From NCBI RefSeq assembly GCF_026571515.1, contig NW_026855305.1, positions 248,001 through 312,000 on the forward strand: 64,000 nucleotides of DNA, in the 5' to 3' direction. Position 1 is the stretch's first letter. Each line of letters opens with the position of its first letter. The notes below the pieces were generated by a model. The model did not search any database. It worked only from the letters and a program-made list of their open reading frames with translations, and was not told the origin of the DNA. Positions 13,901-26,502 of the stretch are shown in pieces. Made by a program: the position numbers and the translations under genes. Source of the stretch: Ruditapes philippinarum (taxonomy: Eukaryota).

Positions 13901-16900
13901 CTTTTCAATTCTTATAGTTCAGTAGTGGCATATGTTTGAAAATCCATAAATATTGAAATAAATATTACATCAATTTTCTCGTAAAGCACATTTCTTTAAA
14001 TAATTATCTGATACTCGACATAAAAGAACATAATTGTTGATGGGTAAACCATCAAATCATCAAGATATAACGATATGCATAACCCTGTGGGATATTTTAG
14101 TCTCTTTCTCTTCTTTAAATAAAAATATTATTCAAAGGTGGTTATTTATAGATAAGCAATTTAAGATTAACAATAACAATTGCAAAATGCTTAATAGAAT
14201 TATATTGAAGTCATTAATAATTTACCGCGCCTGTATGATAATCTTAAATCAGTGAATGTGTCTGTTCTTTATTCAGTGCCAAACTTACGATGCCGTCACC
14301 TTAGCTACAGAGGCTGCCATTTGTGTATATGGTGTCATTAAAAAGTTACCAGAAGGAAAAAAGGTAATCTCAAACAGTAGATGATGTATGCATTCATCAT
14401 AATTTTAATTGTATCTATAGAAACCTGAAAGTAAAATAAATATAAATATAAAACAGAAACACAAATACTACAGAGCGTTTGATACAACTTTGAAAATAAT
14501 GTCCGGCGCTTTTCATACAATCAAACCAGATGCGCAAATGCCAGCACACAAGCCTGTTCTGTTAGTAGATTAATTTCAAGGTGACCATTAAAAGAATGAG
14601 GATAATTCTTAAACAAATTTTGCTTTTATCGAAACGCTATTTGCATGCAAAATATTCTCCATAATTGTGTAAAGATGACAAATTTTACATTAAACTATTT
14701 TGGCAATTGGAGTTTGTTGAACGCTGTTTATTTTCTGACAATTGTATAAAGGCCGAAGGAGACCACGAGATGACTGTGGACTATTGGGAGTTGATCGGAG
14801 CCTCTCCAGCAGGTGGCGCAGACAATTTACTAAATGAGGAGGCACATGTTGATGTACAGCTAGACAATAGACATATCATGATCAGAGGAGAAAACGTGAG
14901 TACATACCTTCTTTAATACACTGCTCGGTCATGTAGAAAGAAATAAATTGAAAATATGCATATTCGTATCCACCATCTTGATTATTTTGTACTTGTGTAA
15001 TAAAAAAACAAATCCTAGAGCATTGCAAGGTTCAAATTCACGATCCTTTGATCGAGTCACTGACAGGAGCATTTTATCCGTTAGAAATATCTGTCAAAAT
15101 GTTTTGTTGAATCTTTGGAAAAAAACCGTTTCTTCGTATATTTAGCCTGTCATTGATATGTAAGTGCAGTATAGACATTTAAAAAACTAAACAAAAACCT
15201 ACACTTTTATCATTTTTATTTTCGTTTCCAATTTTTACACCATTCACAATTATACATTTTGAACAAAACATGAGTATCATTATGGTTTAATATATTTATT
15301 TTAGGCATTCTTTTTTCATTTTTATTTCCCTTTTTAGACATCTAAAGTTTTAAAAATGAGATCTACAGTGATGCATTGTTTCCGGGAACATTACTTCAGT
15401 CGTGGATATTTCGAGGTTACAGCCCCAACACTTGTTCAGACTCAGGTAGAAGGAGGTTCCACGTTATTCAAGCTCGATTTCTTCGGCGAGCAGGTACGTA
15501 TGACTATCGCCGTCTATTTTATGGTGGACCTTTGAACAATGTTAACGCTTCATGGAGTGTAATTATATTATTGGTAATAAAAAAAATGACAGGTTATATT
15601 GCTCTTTATAAGCGGTTGTTTGCATAAATACAAACCGAGGAAAATTGAATATCTTGCATCGTGAATAAAGATTATATAAACGTCATGATTATACAATGTA
15701 AAATGACGTTACAAACGTGAAGTATGATAACCATTATTATTTCGAGTTAAACGTCAGTGAACTAAATTGCTTTAGTGTCGAGGAGTAGTATCATATGGCA
15801 AACTTCCAGTATTCCTCACTTGAATACTGTTGAATCCCCCTTAGGATATGTGGCCTGCTTTTTAAATTTGTCTTTTGACGTCTTATCTGTTATATGCAGG
15901 CTTCATAACCTCTGATCCCCTTTCGAAATTCCATTTTATTTAGTTCCGCCCATTGTTTCCTCGTTTAGGGCACACGCATTTTTTTTATTTGGGGACCATA
16001 TGCCGCTTTTCATGGAATGGCACTTACGTGTCACATTGAAGGTTCCATGATAACCGCCATATGAATACATCTGCGGATGTTTCAAAATTCAAAATTGTAC
16101 CAGTTCAAAGTAAATGTTGAATTCTGCTTAAGCCGGTGCTAAGGGGCGTGGACGGTAGTTTGCATTTAACAGTACCGTCCATGAACAGGCTCAATCAAAC
16201 CGAGCCTGCAACATTTTCAATTATGCCGTGTTGGGCCTTCTTTAGGGATTATTATTTTCTCTATTTTGTCTTGTAGCAACACTGTTAATGTTAGCCGAGA
16301 TGACGATAAGAGGCAGTCATTTGGTATTTAATCACCGTGTATATCCCAGCAAATTCTTATTCATTCCCATTCTTTTGTGCACTTCTGTGTTACAGGCGTA
16401 TTTGACCCAGTCCTCACAGTTGTACCTTGAGACAGCTATCCCAGCAATGGGAGACGTTTTCTGTATTGCGAGTTCATTCAGAGCTGAACAATCCAGGACC
16501 AGACGACATTTGGCTGAGTATGTTATTGTATAGATACTTGTTTAAGGGGAGGAAATATTTTCACTGATGGAGACTTTATTGTACATGTATAATAAAGTCT
16601 CCATCAGTGAAAGTATAGATACTTTTTAAAGGGAGAAAATATAGGAGGGGCTTAAGTGTAATACTTTCACTGATGACGCCTCTACTGTACATATATTAGG
16701 AATATCAAAAGGAACCCAACTAACATAATAGTGTTATAGGCGACTGTCTCTCAACAAAGGAAATAGAGTTTCTAGTTATTTTTTTGGATCACGACCATAT
16801 TTTCTCACATAACCCTAGCTTTTGTTAGTTCAAGGAAGTAGAAAGTCCGGCCAGCCTTCCTCACAATTGAGCTGAAATAAATAAAATTGAAACTAAACTA

Positions 16901-19027
16901 TAATTTGTTTCAGATATACACATATTGAAGCCGAGTGTTCGTTCATATCTTTTGATGATCTGTTAGACAGACTGGAAGATTTAATCTGCGATGTTGTGGA
17001 CAGGATATTAAAATCTCCGTTGGGACACATAGTGTATGAACTCAACCCGGTAATTTAAAGCTATTTGCTCTTTTTGGCAATTTTGTTTGTCGTACAATTT
17101 CTGTTGTGAATTTTATAACTATAGGGTACTGGTTGATTTATTTCATTTGGTTCGATGCCGTTGAAAATGCAGATAATGCAGATATCTCATAGAATATGTC
17201 GAAGTAGTGGGTAATAAATATTGGCCGTACAGTCAAATTCCTCTGAATCACCTCTGAATGCAGAAGTCTATACATGTACTAAACTTGAGTTTCAAAAACG
17301 TGTTAATTGCTTACTACTCGTATATATATTAAAAATGACGACTTCGACAAAGAATTTTGTATTGTATTGTATTGTATTGCCAGTACAATTCAAAACAAAG
17401 GTTTGCTCAACTATCATCAGAACTCATTAGCAACGCTATTGTGTTTAAAATTTCAGGATTTCAAACCTCCGAAAAGGCCGTTCAGAAGAATGGAATACAC
17501 TGACGCCCTGAAATATTTGAAAGAAAACAACATAACAAAAGATAATGGATCTTTCTATGAATTCGGTGACGTAAGTGTCCGTACACTAGTACATGTTTGA
17601 ACAATATTCTAAAATAGTGCTCATGGGTTCAAAGGTTAGAGGTCTTATGCTGTTCTCTTGAAATGCATTAATTTTTCTTTAAATGTGGATGCTATGCATT
17701 GCTGGTTAACTGAAACTAAGTTTATGGTTTTGGAATAATTACCCGGTATTCGTGGACAAGGGTCCGATGGAAGATGAAGTTTTTCTGTTATAATTTGGCT
17801 GAATAAAGACGATTAAAAACTGATACCTTTTACATGTATATATTTAAGGACATACCTGAAGCACCAGAAAGAAAGATGACTGATGCGATTAACGAGCCAA
17901 TATTTCTGTGCAAGTTTCCTGCAGAAATAAAATCATTCTACATGCCTAGATGCAAGGAAGACAGACGACTTACTGAGTCGGTAAGGTTTAAGATGAATAT
18001 ATTGTTTCTACAATTTCATTCCTGTACAAGTGTTACAAAATCAGGTAGAATGTTAATGTTTCAAAATAAGGAAGAATTATTTTGATTTTATAATTAATTT
18101 GGATTGACGTGATCTGTAACATTGACTTTCACCTTCCTTCATTTGTGAGATTTATAGACGCGGCGAAAATATTAATTATGACGGTTTAACACTTGTGCTG
18201 ATGCAACCAATGGAAACGAAAGCAATAAGTCTTTACCAGCAGTGTATAGCAAGGCCAGACTGCACATCTGTGCAGTCAACCATTCTCTAACTGTTGGCAG
18301 GCCATTTTTTCTTCTTTGCTATGGAAGGAATCCATATAGAACTTTATTCCTAGACCAACGTGTGAAAAAAAACAAATCTTTACATAAGCCAGATGGGTAA
18401 CTTAGAAAGGTGTTTAATGAACAAGTTGTTTCTCGAATTAAGGAGCTTGATATCGTAAAATCTAGCTGCTCGCCAATATTGAATATTTTATTGCTTGAAA
18501 TTCTTTCAAAGAGCTAGACATTTTCAGGTTGACCTGTTGCTTCCAAATGTTGGCGAGATTGTGGGAGGTTCAATGAGGGTGTGGCAGTACGACGAATTGA
18601 AGGAAGGTTTTGAACGGGAAGGAATAGACCCGACAAACTATTACTGGTACACAGACCAGGTTAGATTGACTTTTTTCCCTTTTAATCTTAAATTTCATTT
18701 AATATCAGTTTTTATTCAAACATTTAATTATTTACTTATATAATTATTTTGTCATAATTTATTACTACCGCTGTAAAAAAAGCAAATACATGTAAAAAGA
18801 AACAAGCTTATATAACTATTTAGTCAGGATGTCAGGATATACTAGTATAATCATCGTTATTACATTAATTACATTTCTTTCTTTTTTTATAAAAGAGAAA
18901 ATATGGAACATGTCCACACGGTGGTTATGGTCTCGGTTTGGAACGGTTTTTATGCTGGATTCTGCATAGACACCACATTCGTGAAGTGTGCCTTTACCCA
19001 AGATTCGTCGACCGCTGTAGACCTTGA
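7944..19027 (+). CDS. NARS1: Asparagine--tRNA ligase, cytoplasmic (15 coding exons, 546 aa)
   Basis: Exons 7944-7953, 10061-10140, 11505-11570, 12139-12231, 13071-13157, 13722-13871, 14277-14363, 14752-14895, 15338-15493, 16396-16517, 16914-17049, 17457-17570, 17849-17980, 18528-18659, 18896-19027. All are GT-AG, sum to 1641 nt and keep phase. The translation carries the N-terminal extension (EPFPTIYVD), OB-fold ([11 protein letters not shown]...RDGTGFLQC), motif 2 ([11 protein letters not shown]...[14 protein letters not shown]) and motif 3 ([12 protein letters not shown]), colinear with recalled human NARS1. AATAAA at 19215. Confidence 0.97.
8358..8508 (+). mobile_element. Inverted-repeat-bounded fragment with a decayed minimal hammerhead motif (Penelope pLTR-like)
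   Basis: Perfect 22-bp IR TTAAAAACGCTATTTTGAATTT (8358-8379 / 8487-8508) enclosing CCG-CTGAAGA-A-GGCC-GAAT-GGCC-GAAT-GCT-G-CAG (8452-8485). Confidence 0.45.
8813..9070. other. Assembly gap (258 N) in NARS1 intron 1
   Basis: Run of N; the flanks 8782-8808 and 9071-9095 are near-perfect inverted repeats. Confidence 0.99.
16064..16268 (+). repeat. Dispersed repeat of about 200 bp (other copies about 1148-1270 +, 6205-6335 -, 21053-21248 +, 54545-54640 -; fragments near 3345 and 6020)
   Basis: Shared motif GTTGAATTCTGCTTAAGCCGGTGCTAGGGG...GGACGGTA...TACCGTCCATG...CTCAATCAAACCGAGCCTGCAACATTTTCA. Confidence 0.8.
16559..16612. repeat. 54-bp near-perfect palindrome in NARS1 intron 10
   Basis: TTTCACTGATGGAGACTTTATTGTACA|TGTATAATAAAGTCTCCATCAGTGAAA, one mismatch. 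Confidence 0.9.
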
Positions 19028-20096
19028 GATAATCAGTGTGAAATGAACAGAAATACATAACTAAAGAGTGCCTAAAAACATATTCTAGACTTATATTGCG
19101 TTTTATATGTTTAATGGTGTTTTCATTGTTTTGTTGTTTGTCGTTGATTTGCTGTTGTATTGTGCGTTTTTGGATTTTTTTGTCTTATGTGCCATTTGGC
19201 TTTGTGTGTTGTACAATAAATGCGTATATTATGGTTCTAATATAATATGATGTCATATTTATTGTAAGTTAATAAAATCTGAATTATACTATTTTTTGAA
19301 AAGTGTTTGTTCTTAATGTTTTATAAGTCTGATAGAATATTTGACAACATATTTATTCAACTAATTCTTTCTAAACTGTCACCAACATAGTGATTTTGAA
19401 AATAAAAAAAAAACGCTCTGTATATGAATAACAATGTTGTCTTTTTCTTTACTGTAATTTAACATATTTTATACCATACATGTGTTTTCTTTATACAAAT
19501 TGTTTTAACATATTTCATGTTCACTTGATGTTTTATAGCGAAAATTGTTTTGAACAAATTAAACTGATTCTACAATGTTCATGTAATTTTGTTGTTATCC
19601 ATCCAAATTGCTGCCGGTGGATTTCTCCCTTTTCCAGAGATTTTTTCTTAAATCATATAGGTCTTAATTTGTGTCATAGAATCAATTTACAGCTAACATT
19701 TTGTGTAGGTTTATTTTTTTATTTATATGAAATAAACATAATGATCGTTATAAAAATTTTGTTTTGTTTATTTTTGTCAGTCTACATCAATACTATTTTA
19801 GTCATCAAGATTGTAAACTGTGCAATTTGATATAAATAAGGGACGTAACAGAACAGCACATGGATTATGACCCACCATGCCGTTATTAATATAGTAAGTC
19901 ATGTCAGTTTTAATTAAAGATTTACACAGCAGTTCAATATTTGGCTCTGGATAGAACAGTCTTGGTGAAAAGGGTACCATAACACAAAAGACATAAGTGA
20001 TACTGCCATTGCAATATCCCCTTCAAACTTTAGTGGTATTTGATAAACATATGATACCGATACATACATGTACAAGCTTGCAGGCACATCTGTACG

Positions 20097-20145
20097 CACA
20101 CCATACCATACCATTCCACACCATACTATACTGTACCATGCTATA

Positions 20146-20206
<61 letters not shown>

Positions 20207-20239
20207 ATTACAACTACTACTACGACTACTACTTATTAT
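20097..20239. repeat. Compound microsatellite: (ACCAT)-like, long (TAT)n, (TAC)n
   Basis: Directly visible; about 20 TAT units from 20147. Confidence 0.95.
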
Positions 20240-20960
20240 GCCGGCTCGCCACGGCGAGCCGGTATTACGTTAGGATTTTACTGAGAAACAACCTAAAACG
20301 CCGAATCCATCCAAAAATTTAATCGAAGCTTGGCTTCCAGCTTTCTACAAAATTAATTTATCTGTCAGGGCTGGAATCCAAAATTATTTAGCCAATCTAC
20401 TTATTATTATTATTAAAATGTGTATGGGTGTAAGTTCTATGAATGAAGACCTCAGAAAATGTTTATGTGCAAATTAAAGCGTCTCATCTTGATCAAACTT
20501 AAGTCCGATCAGGTTAATATTCACCTTTACATTAACGCCGAGACCTCATAATTATAATTACTAAAGTAACGTGACATTGTCTGTAAAGTTTGTTTTAATG
20601 CATTGAAAATTAGTATTGAAAATGTATTGTAATGTATTGCAATGTATTATCACACTATGTATGATTATGATTATGTACTATGTACAAGTCAAAATAAAAT
20701 AATGTTCTGTTCTGTTCCTCATCAGATGACATGACTAGCGCTTCATGGTGCGATCGAAAATTATTCAAAGACATTGCTAGTTTAAGTGGGCTTTAATGAT
20801 CAAGATATTTAGTCGCCTTTATATTGGCGTTTCTGCTTCACCTTATGTTATTGTTTAAGCTTCATACAATCATGTATTTTAGACTATAGACACAGCGCAT
20901 ACTTTATTTATTCTTAATTTATTTACTTGTAATTTATTAATTAATTTATTTATATTCTTA

Positions 20961-21420
20961 CCTCCGTGGCCGAATGGTTAAGGTCGCCTACTTCAAATAA
21001 CTTGACCCTCATCACTGTGAACAATGACTGAAGGGTAAGGTTAACCATTATTTACGCCTGCGGATGTTTTTAAATTCAAAATTTCACCATTTTTATATTT
21101 GAAGTTGAATTCTTTTTAAGCTGGTGCTAGGGGGCGGGGACGGTAGATTGCACTCGACAGTAACGTCCATGCACATGCTCGATCAAACCGAGCCTGCAAC
21201 ATTTTCAATGTTGCAGTTTCTTTAGGTATTCCTATTTTCTCTATTTTAATATTATATCATGTTAGGAAGCTACCAAACTAGCTTACAGAAGGTTGGCGGT
21301 TCTATTCAGGTGTCCGCTCGTGCCTGAAATAAAGCATAAGGGGCACTTGAGGTCGTCCTCTGTAATGTCATCGTATGAAATTTACAGTGTTTTGTGACTA
21401 ATTTAAATCAAACAACCAAC
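20961..21420 (+). mobile_element. tRNA-derived SINE (RUDI/BivaV-like), interrupted by an insertion at about 21022-21255
   Basis: A-box TGGCCGAATGG at 20967; body GGAAGCTACC...GCTTACAGAAGGTTGGCGGTTCTA...GTGTCCGCTCGTGCCTGAAATAA...GGGGCAC shared with copies at 26229, 31072 and 59850. The family name is recalled, not searched. Confidence 0.75.
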
Positions 21421-21940
21421 TATAGCAAATAAATCATACACATTTTGATAGCATACTTGAAAGTTTAAATGAAAAGTGACGTTACAAAAAATGGTAACAT
21501 TTAGGGACCAAGAAACACTTTTTTGAGGTTACCATGTCTGAGAATGCAAAATGTAAAATACATATTAGATTAAATAGACAAAGGATTATTTTTGATTTTC
21601 AATCGGCCTTATATATACATTGATCTCTTCGAGTATGATCATAAAATCAATGTGACATTTAATTGCCCATCATTTATGAGAACTGGCTTATTGTTGCTTA
21701 TATAAATTTGGCAAAAAAAATTTAAAACAAGATTTTTATTTTGTTTTTATAAATATAATCTAGATATCAATTTAGATAATATGAAATTAAATTATGAGGA
21801 TATGCTCTTTCTAGTGAGAGAGAACCTTTCCGCGGAAAATTACCCTTTCAGATAACATACCGGTTATTGTTTTATACCTGACCCATTTTGCAAGCGCCCA
21901 ATAACTAGGAACACCCGAAATCGAATCGTTTTGATAAATC

Positions 21941-24900
21941 ATGAATCCTTTGACGTAATGACAAGATTATAACATAAGCTGAGCTTATTTTAACTTTATG
22001 TTATTCATTTATCTTATTCTGTATTTGTTTATTATTTTACATCAAAATTTGAAGGATTTGACGTTATCTTGATTCGTCCCAAAACGGCTCGACCCACACT
22101 CCACTTTCACTTTACTTCAGTGACATTGTCATGCCTAAATAGCTATCGTAAACATATATCTTATAGTTTAAATCTAATATTAGCAATTTAAACCCACATG
22201 TCTTACTCTAGTTTTGTTAATGATCATTATGATGAAGTTTAGAAGACCCCAAAATATAAACAATATTTATATGCTTGCTTAATGGGGACTGTTGCTTCCA
22301 CACCCCTGCTGTTTTACATATTTATTTATTTTAACTTAATCAAACCTGAGAATGGCACATTCTATAAATTACTGATACAAATGCAAAATGCCATGTTTTC
22401 TGCAGCCCTTTGAATGGCCATGTACCTAATAGTTATTTCTTTGATCAGTTTAGAATTTGTTTATGAGTATGACCTTCAATGATAAATGATTGTTTCTTTC
22501 ATGTTTACAGAAATGTTAAGAATTTACAGAAATTGAACCAGAGAGAGTTGGAGCTTGGTCTTACAAATAAGAAGTCATGGCATGACCAGTATAAAGATAG
22601 TGCATGGATATTTGTTGGTGGTTTACCGTATGATCTCACAGAAGGTGATATTGTCTGTGTTTTCTCACAGTAAGTAGATTTACCGTAATTATTTCCCTTT
22701 TGGTATTTAGTTTATTAGTTCATTTGAGTAGGAAGCCACCGGTATATAAGCTTATAGACACACTTCCAAATCTGTTCCTGGAACCAACCAGTACTGAGCA
22801 ATGATTGTAAAGTTGCTTGCTCTGCAAGGAACCAACGACTTGCCCCTTACAGAGTTTGAACCAATGTAAATAGCAATCATTTGATTACTAGTCTGATGCG
22901 TTAACTACTCGGCCATGCTGCTACTCAATTTCCCTTTTAAGTTAGAGAGATATATTGATTAGATGCAGATGAATTTATGTGGCTTTTGTTTGTTACTGAT
23001 GAATGTATACAGATTTTTGGCATGTATTGAAATCAAACTGATTTTGAAGTAATAAGTAAGCTACCCAAATATTCCATTACATGTATATTAAATGTGAAAA
23101 CGAAATTATTTAACATATAATTTGATGTTGTCAAAGATTGTATGATGCCAAAATACTCCCAATATATTTATATGTACATTGTAAAATATTTATATTGACC
23201 TTTATGCTGTTATATTTTACACAGGTATGGAGAGTTGGTAAATATAAATCTTGTGCGAGATAAAAAGTCAGGCAAATCTAAAGGGTTTTGTTTCATGTGT
23301 TATGAAGATCAAAGAAGTACCATATTAGCTGTGGACAATTTTAATGGAATCAAGGTTTGTGATGATTTTTACGTAATTATGTATTTTTTCTTTTATGCCT
23401 TGAAATGGGAATTGCAGTATGGTAACCATAAAAAAAATGGGAAAATTCAAGTTACTTATCAAAATACTCTTTTCTTTAAAATGATAATACACATGTCACG
23501 CCGATGTGATAGGCATACTGTGATACATGTATATATTTTTCTAAGTAAGAGAATGATTATTTATTGCAATGTTAGATTAACAAAGATCTTCTTTGCATTC
23601 ACATTGTCAAAACTTTGTATCACACACGGTTGCCAAGCAACACTATATAGAGTATACTGTGAGTAGCAGCCAAGCTATGAACAGCAGGCTCTTTTACATC
23701 TCCCGTTCAATGGCTGCAGTGCATATATTTGACTGTATGACTTATGCTTTCAATTTTTACTCTTCAGTCATATTCCAGTGATGGTTGTGTGTAATAGTTT
23801 TGTTCTATGTTCCTATCTCTGAAATTTTGATGATAACTGGGAAAATGTTTTGCTTGTAAAATTAGAACCTCTAAAAGAAAGTGACAAAAAATTAAGAAAA
23901 CATGTACGACCCTTCAAATTTGTTATATCATTTAATGAATTTTCAAAATTGCTTCAGTTGTTGGGTAGAACACTGCGTGTGGACCATGTCGAGGAATATC
24001 GGAAGCCAAAAGAACATGGTGATGAAGATGAAGTCACTATGAAATTGCGAACAGAGGGTATTGCTCCGCAGGTACCTCAGTCACCAGAGCATGTCTCAAG
24101 TGAAGAGGAACCACTTCAGGTCAAGGTCAAAGCAAAAAAAGGTAACCAATTTTTGTTGTTGTTTTTTTGTATCTGAAGATTTAGTTTTTAATGGGATACT
24201 TCGGTAAATTGCTTGGTAACCAGAAACGTTTGTGCTTGCAGTATTTTCTAAATTTGTTAAGCATTGTCTAATTGCGTATTTTTAGCATCTCCATGGTTAT
24301 AGTCCTTTAGTTCAAATCACGTTCACCTTAATGAATTCATATGAAAAAATCATTTCAAAGACTTTAAATAGTTTCTTAGCTAGGTTATAGATGGTTGATA
24401 GTTCTATGTCTCTTTGTCTGTGAGTAAATTACAGGGACAAATTATGCCAACTATGGATTGTTGAAAAATAACAAATTTAATGTGTACCCTACGGTAAATT
24501 AATTTAGTGTGTAATGTTTAAAGCTGCCTTCAGCTTTTCTAATGGTTAAATATGTTAATTTTAGAGAAATCATTTCATGTAATTCTCAAATCAAAATAAT
24601 TAAGGTGGAAAGTGAAATTTGCTGCCAATTGAATACATAAACAATAAGGAAACCTTTCGGTACCCTTAATATACCAGTCTGCTCTATATATGTAAATAAG
24701 TAAAGCAGATATCCTCTATTTTCAAAAACAAACATCACTGTCATTTTAAAAATAGCTTCAGAGATGCTTTGAAGATGGCTTAACAGTTTTATGATGCACT
24801 TTTCCAAGATAAACATATTGAAATACTTAGTTTTAAACAATAAAGGATTGTTTTGCCATCACAAAAGTAAAAGCTGAATGCCACTTTAAAGTCACAGAAT

Positions 24901-25930
24901 ACTCTGTATGTCTTACAGCAACTCATCAACATTACAGAAGGCCTTCAGGTGCCCTGTCCCCTTGTGCATTTTTTATATGAGCTGGTACCTTAGTAAAGCG
25001 ACCAAGCTTAATATAACATACATGTATTAACTGCATAGCTTCCCTACATGAAAGAATCCAAAATTGTAGACAGGATTTGAATCAAATTTGAATTTGATAG
25101 GAAATTGTTTCAATGAGAAATAGTCCAGATATTGATAGAAAGTATACATCATTTAAAATTGTTTGAAAACATATACATGTATTACATAAAAACTATATTT
25201 TGTCTTTTGTAGTCCATGTGATGATTGAAATAGCTTTCATGTTTTATTATCAGAAAAGAAGATTAAAAAAGAAAAGAAAAGTAAAAAGAAGAAGAAAGCA
25301 GCAAAGAAAAGCTCAAGTTCTGAAAGTGATTCAGACTCTGAAACAGACTATAAATCAAAGAGAGTCAAAAAAGAACATTATGATTCTGAAACAGACTATA
25401 AAAAGTTTAATGTAAAAGTAAAAAAAGAAAAATATGACCCAGGGTATGAAAGAGTAGAGAGAATGAATGTCAGGCAAAAGCGAAGTCATTCCCCTGATGA
25501 CAGGAATGACAGACGGAAATCTGCTAAATATAATAGTGATGAAAGTGAAAGATCTGGTGCACAGAGAGAAAGACATAGAGAATATGATGGTGAACGGAAT
25601 CGGGAAACAAACTATAGGGATGAAACGAGGGATCGGGAACGTAACTACAGAGACGAATCAGATAACAGTAGACATCGGACGAGAGATTATGATGATGAGG
25701 ACAGAGGTCGTGTTAGATATAGAGAGACAGATGAAAGATATTATGATAAAAGATCGGATAAAGACAGGAGAGATAGGGGAAGTGACAGATATGATAGGGG
25801 AAGTGATAAATATGATAGGGGAAGCGACAGATATGATAGTGGAAATGACAGGTATAGCAGACAAGATGATAGAAAACATTACGATAGAGATTATTCTGAT
25901 AGAGGTAGAAACAGAGATTCTAGAAGATAG
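21941..25930 (+). CDS. RBMX2: RNA-binding motif protein X-linked 2 (Snu17/Ist3 homolog, RES complex), 5 exons, 387 aa
   Basis: Exons 21941-21954, 22511-22669, 23225-23354, 23958-24141, 25254-25930 (1164 nt, GT-AG, in phase). Starts MNPLT; RRM SWHDQYKDSAWIFVGGLPYDLTEGD...KSKGFCFMCYEDQRSTILAVDNFNG...RVDHV; Lys-rich linker and Arg/Asp-rich low-complexity tail. Confidence 0.96.
22712..22922 (-). mobile_element. tRNA-derived CORE-type SINE (second, truncated copy at 38565-38692)
   Basis: The minus strand has A-box TGGCCGAGTAG and B-box GGTTCAAACTC, then a CCTTG..GCAAG..ACTTTAC..CATTGCTCAGTACTGGTTGGTTCCAGGAAC core shared with 38565-38692. Confidence 0.7.
25772..25855 (+). repeat. Coding 21-bp tandem repeat x4 (DRGSDRY-like) in the RBMX2 tail
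   Basis: GATAGGGGAAGTGACAGATAT and variants. Confidence 0.9.
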
Positions 25931-26228
25931 TGGGAACAGTTTTGTTTTAAGTAATAATGTTTTAACAACCGAAGAATCTGTAAAATTAATATGCCATACA
26001 GTGATGATTCTTAAAGAAAATGGTTTGCTCCAAGCTTTAATAACTTTTTATTTCACCTTAGAAGCTGGAACAAAAGAACCAGGATCTTTAAGTATTAGTA
26101 AGAATTAAATGTACATTAGAGATATTTTTGTATGACAGGCGTTTTACTAAATGACTTATTCTGACTGGTCATTAGACCTTGGTTCAGAAATGGTCCGATT
26201 TTGAAATTGTTAGCCCTTTGTTTAAATG

Positions 26229-26502
26229 TTTTTTGTTTTTTTTTAATGCGTTTATTTAAGGTCGCCGCCGGAAAGCCCATATGGGCGACCGTACACTCAA
26301 GTCGGGCCATCCTAGAGCGTCCCGACGAGATTTTTTCGTCGATTTTTTTCCAGCTTTATTGGTGGAGGAAGACCCCAGGTGCCCCTCCGGGCATTATTTC
26401 AGGCACGAGCGGGCACCTGGGTAGAACCACCGACCTTCCGTAAGCCAGCTGGATGGCTTCCTCACATGAAAGATTTTGACCCGAGTGAGGATCGAACCTA
26501 CC
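26229..26502 (-). mobile_element. 5'-truncated SINE of the same family with an atypical 3' tail, 10-bp TSD
   Basis: B-box GGTTCGATCC (minus strand, 26498-26489), well-preserved body, A-rich end; TGTTTAAATG duplicated at 26219-26228 and 26503-26512. Confidence 0.85.

Noticed and set aside
17849-19027. Last three NARS1 coding exons are each 132 nt
   Set aside because: No sequence similarity among them; coincidence or ancestral intron positions, not exon duplication.
19997-20322. Poly-Ile / poly-Tyr ORFs
   Set aside because: Translations of the (TAT)n microsatellite.
20961-21020. Possible tRNA gene
   Set aside because: Only an A-box-bearing SINE head; no T-arm or acceptor stem, and a SINE body follows.
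25467-26108. 213-aa overlapping ORF in RBMX2 exon 5
   Set aside because: Alternative frame of a purine-rich low-complexity exon, where stops are rare; no recognisable domain.
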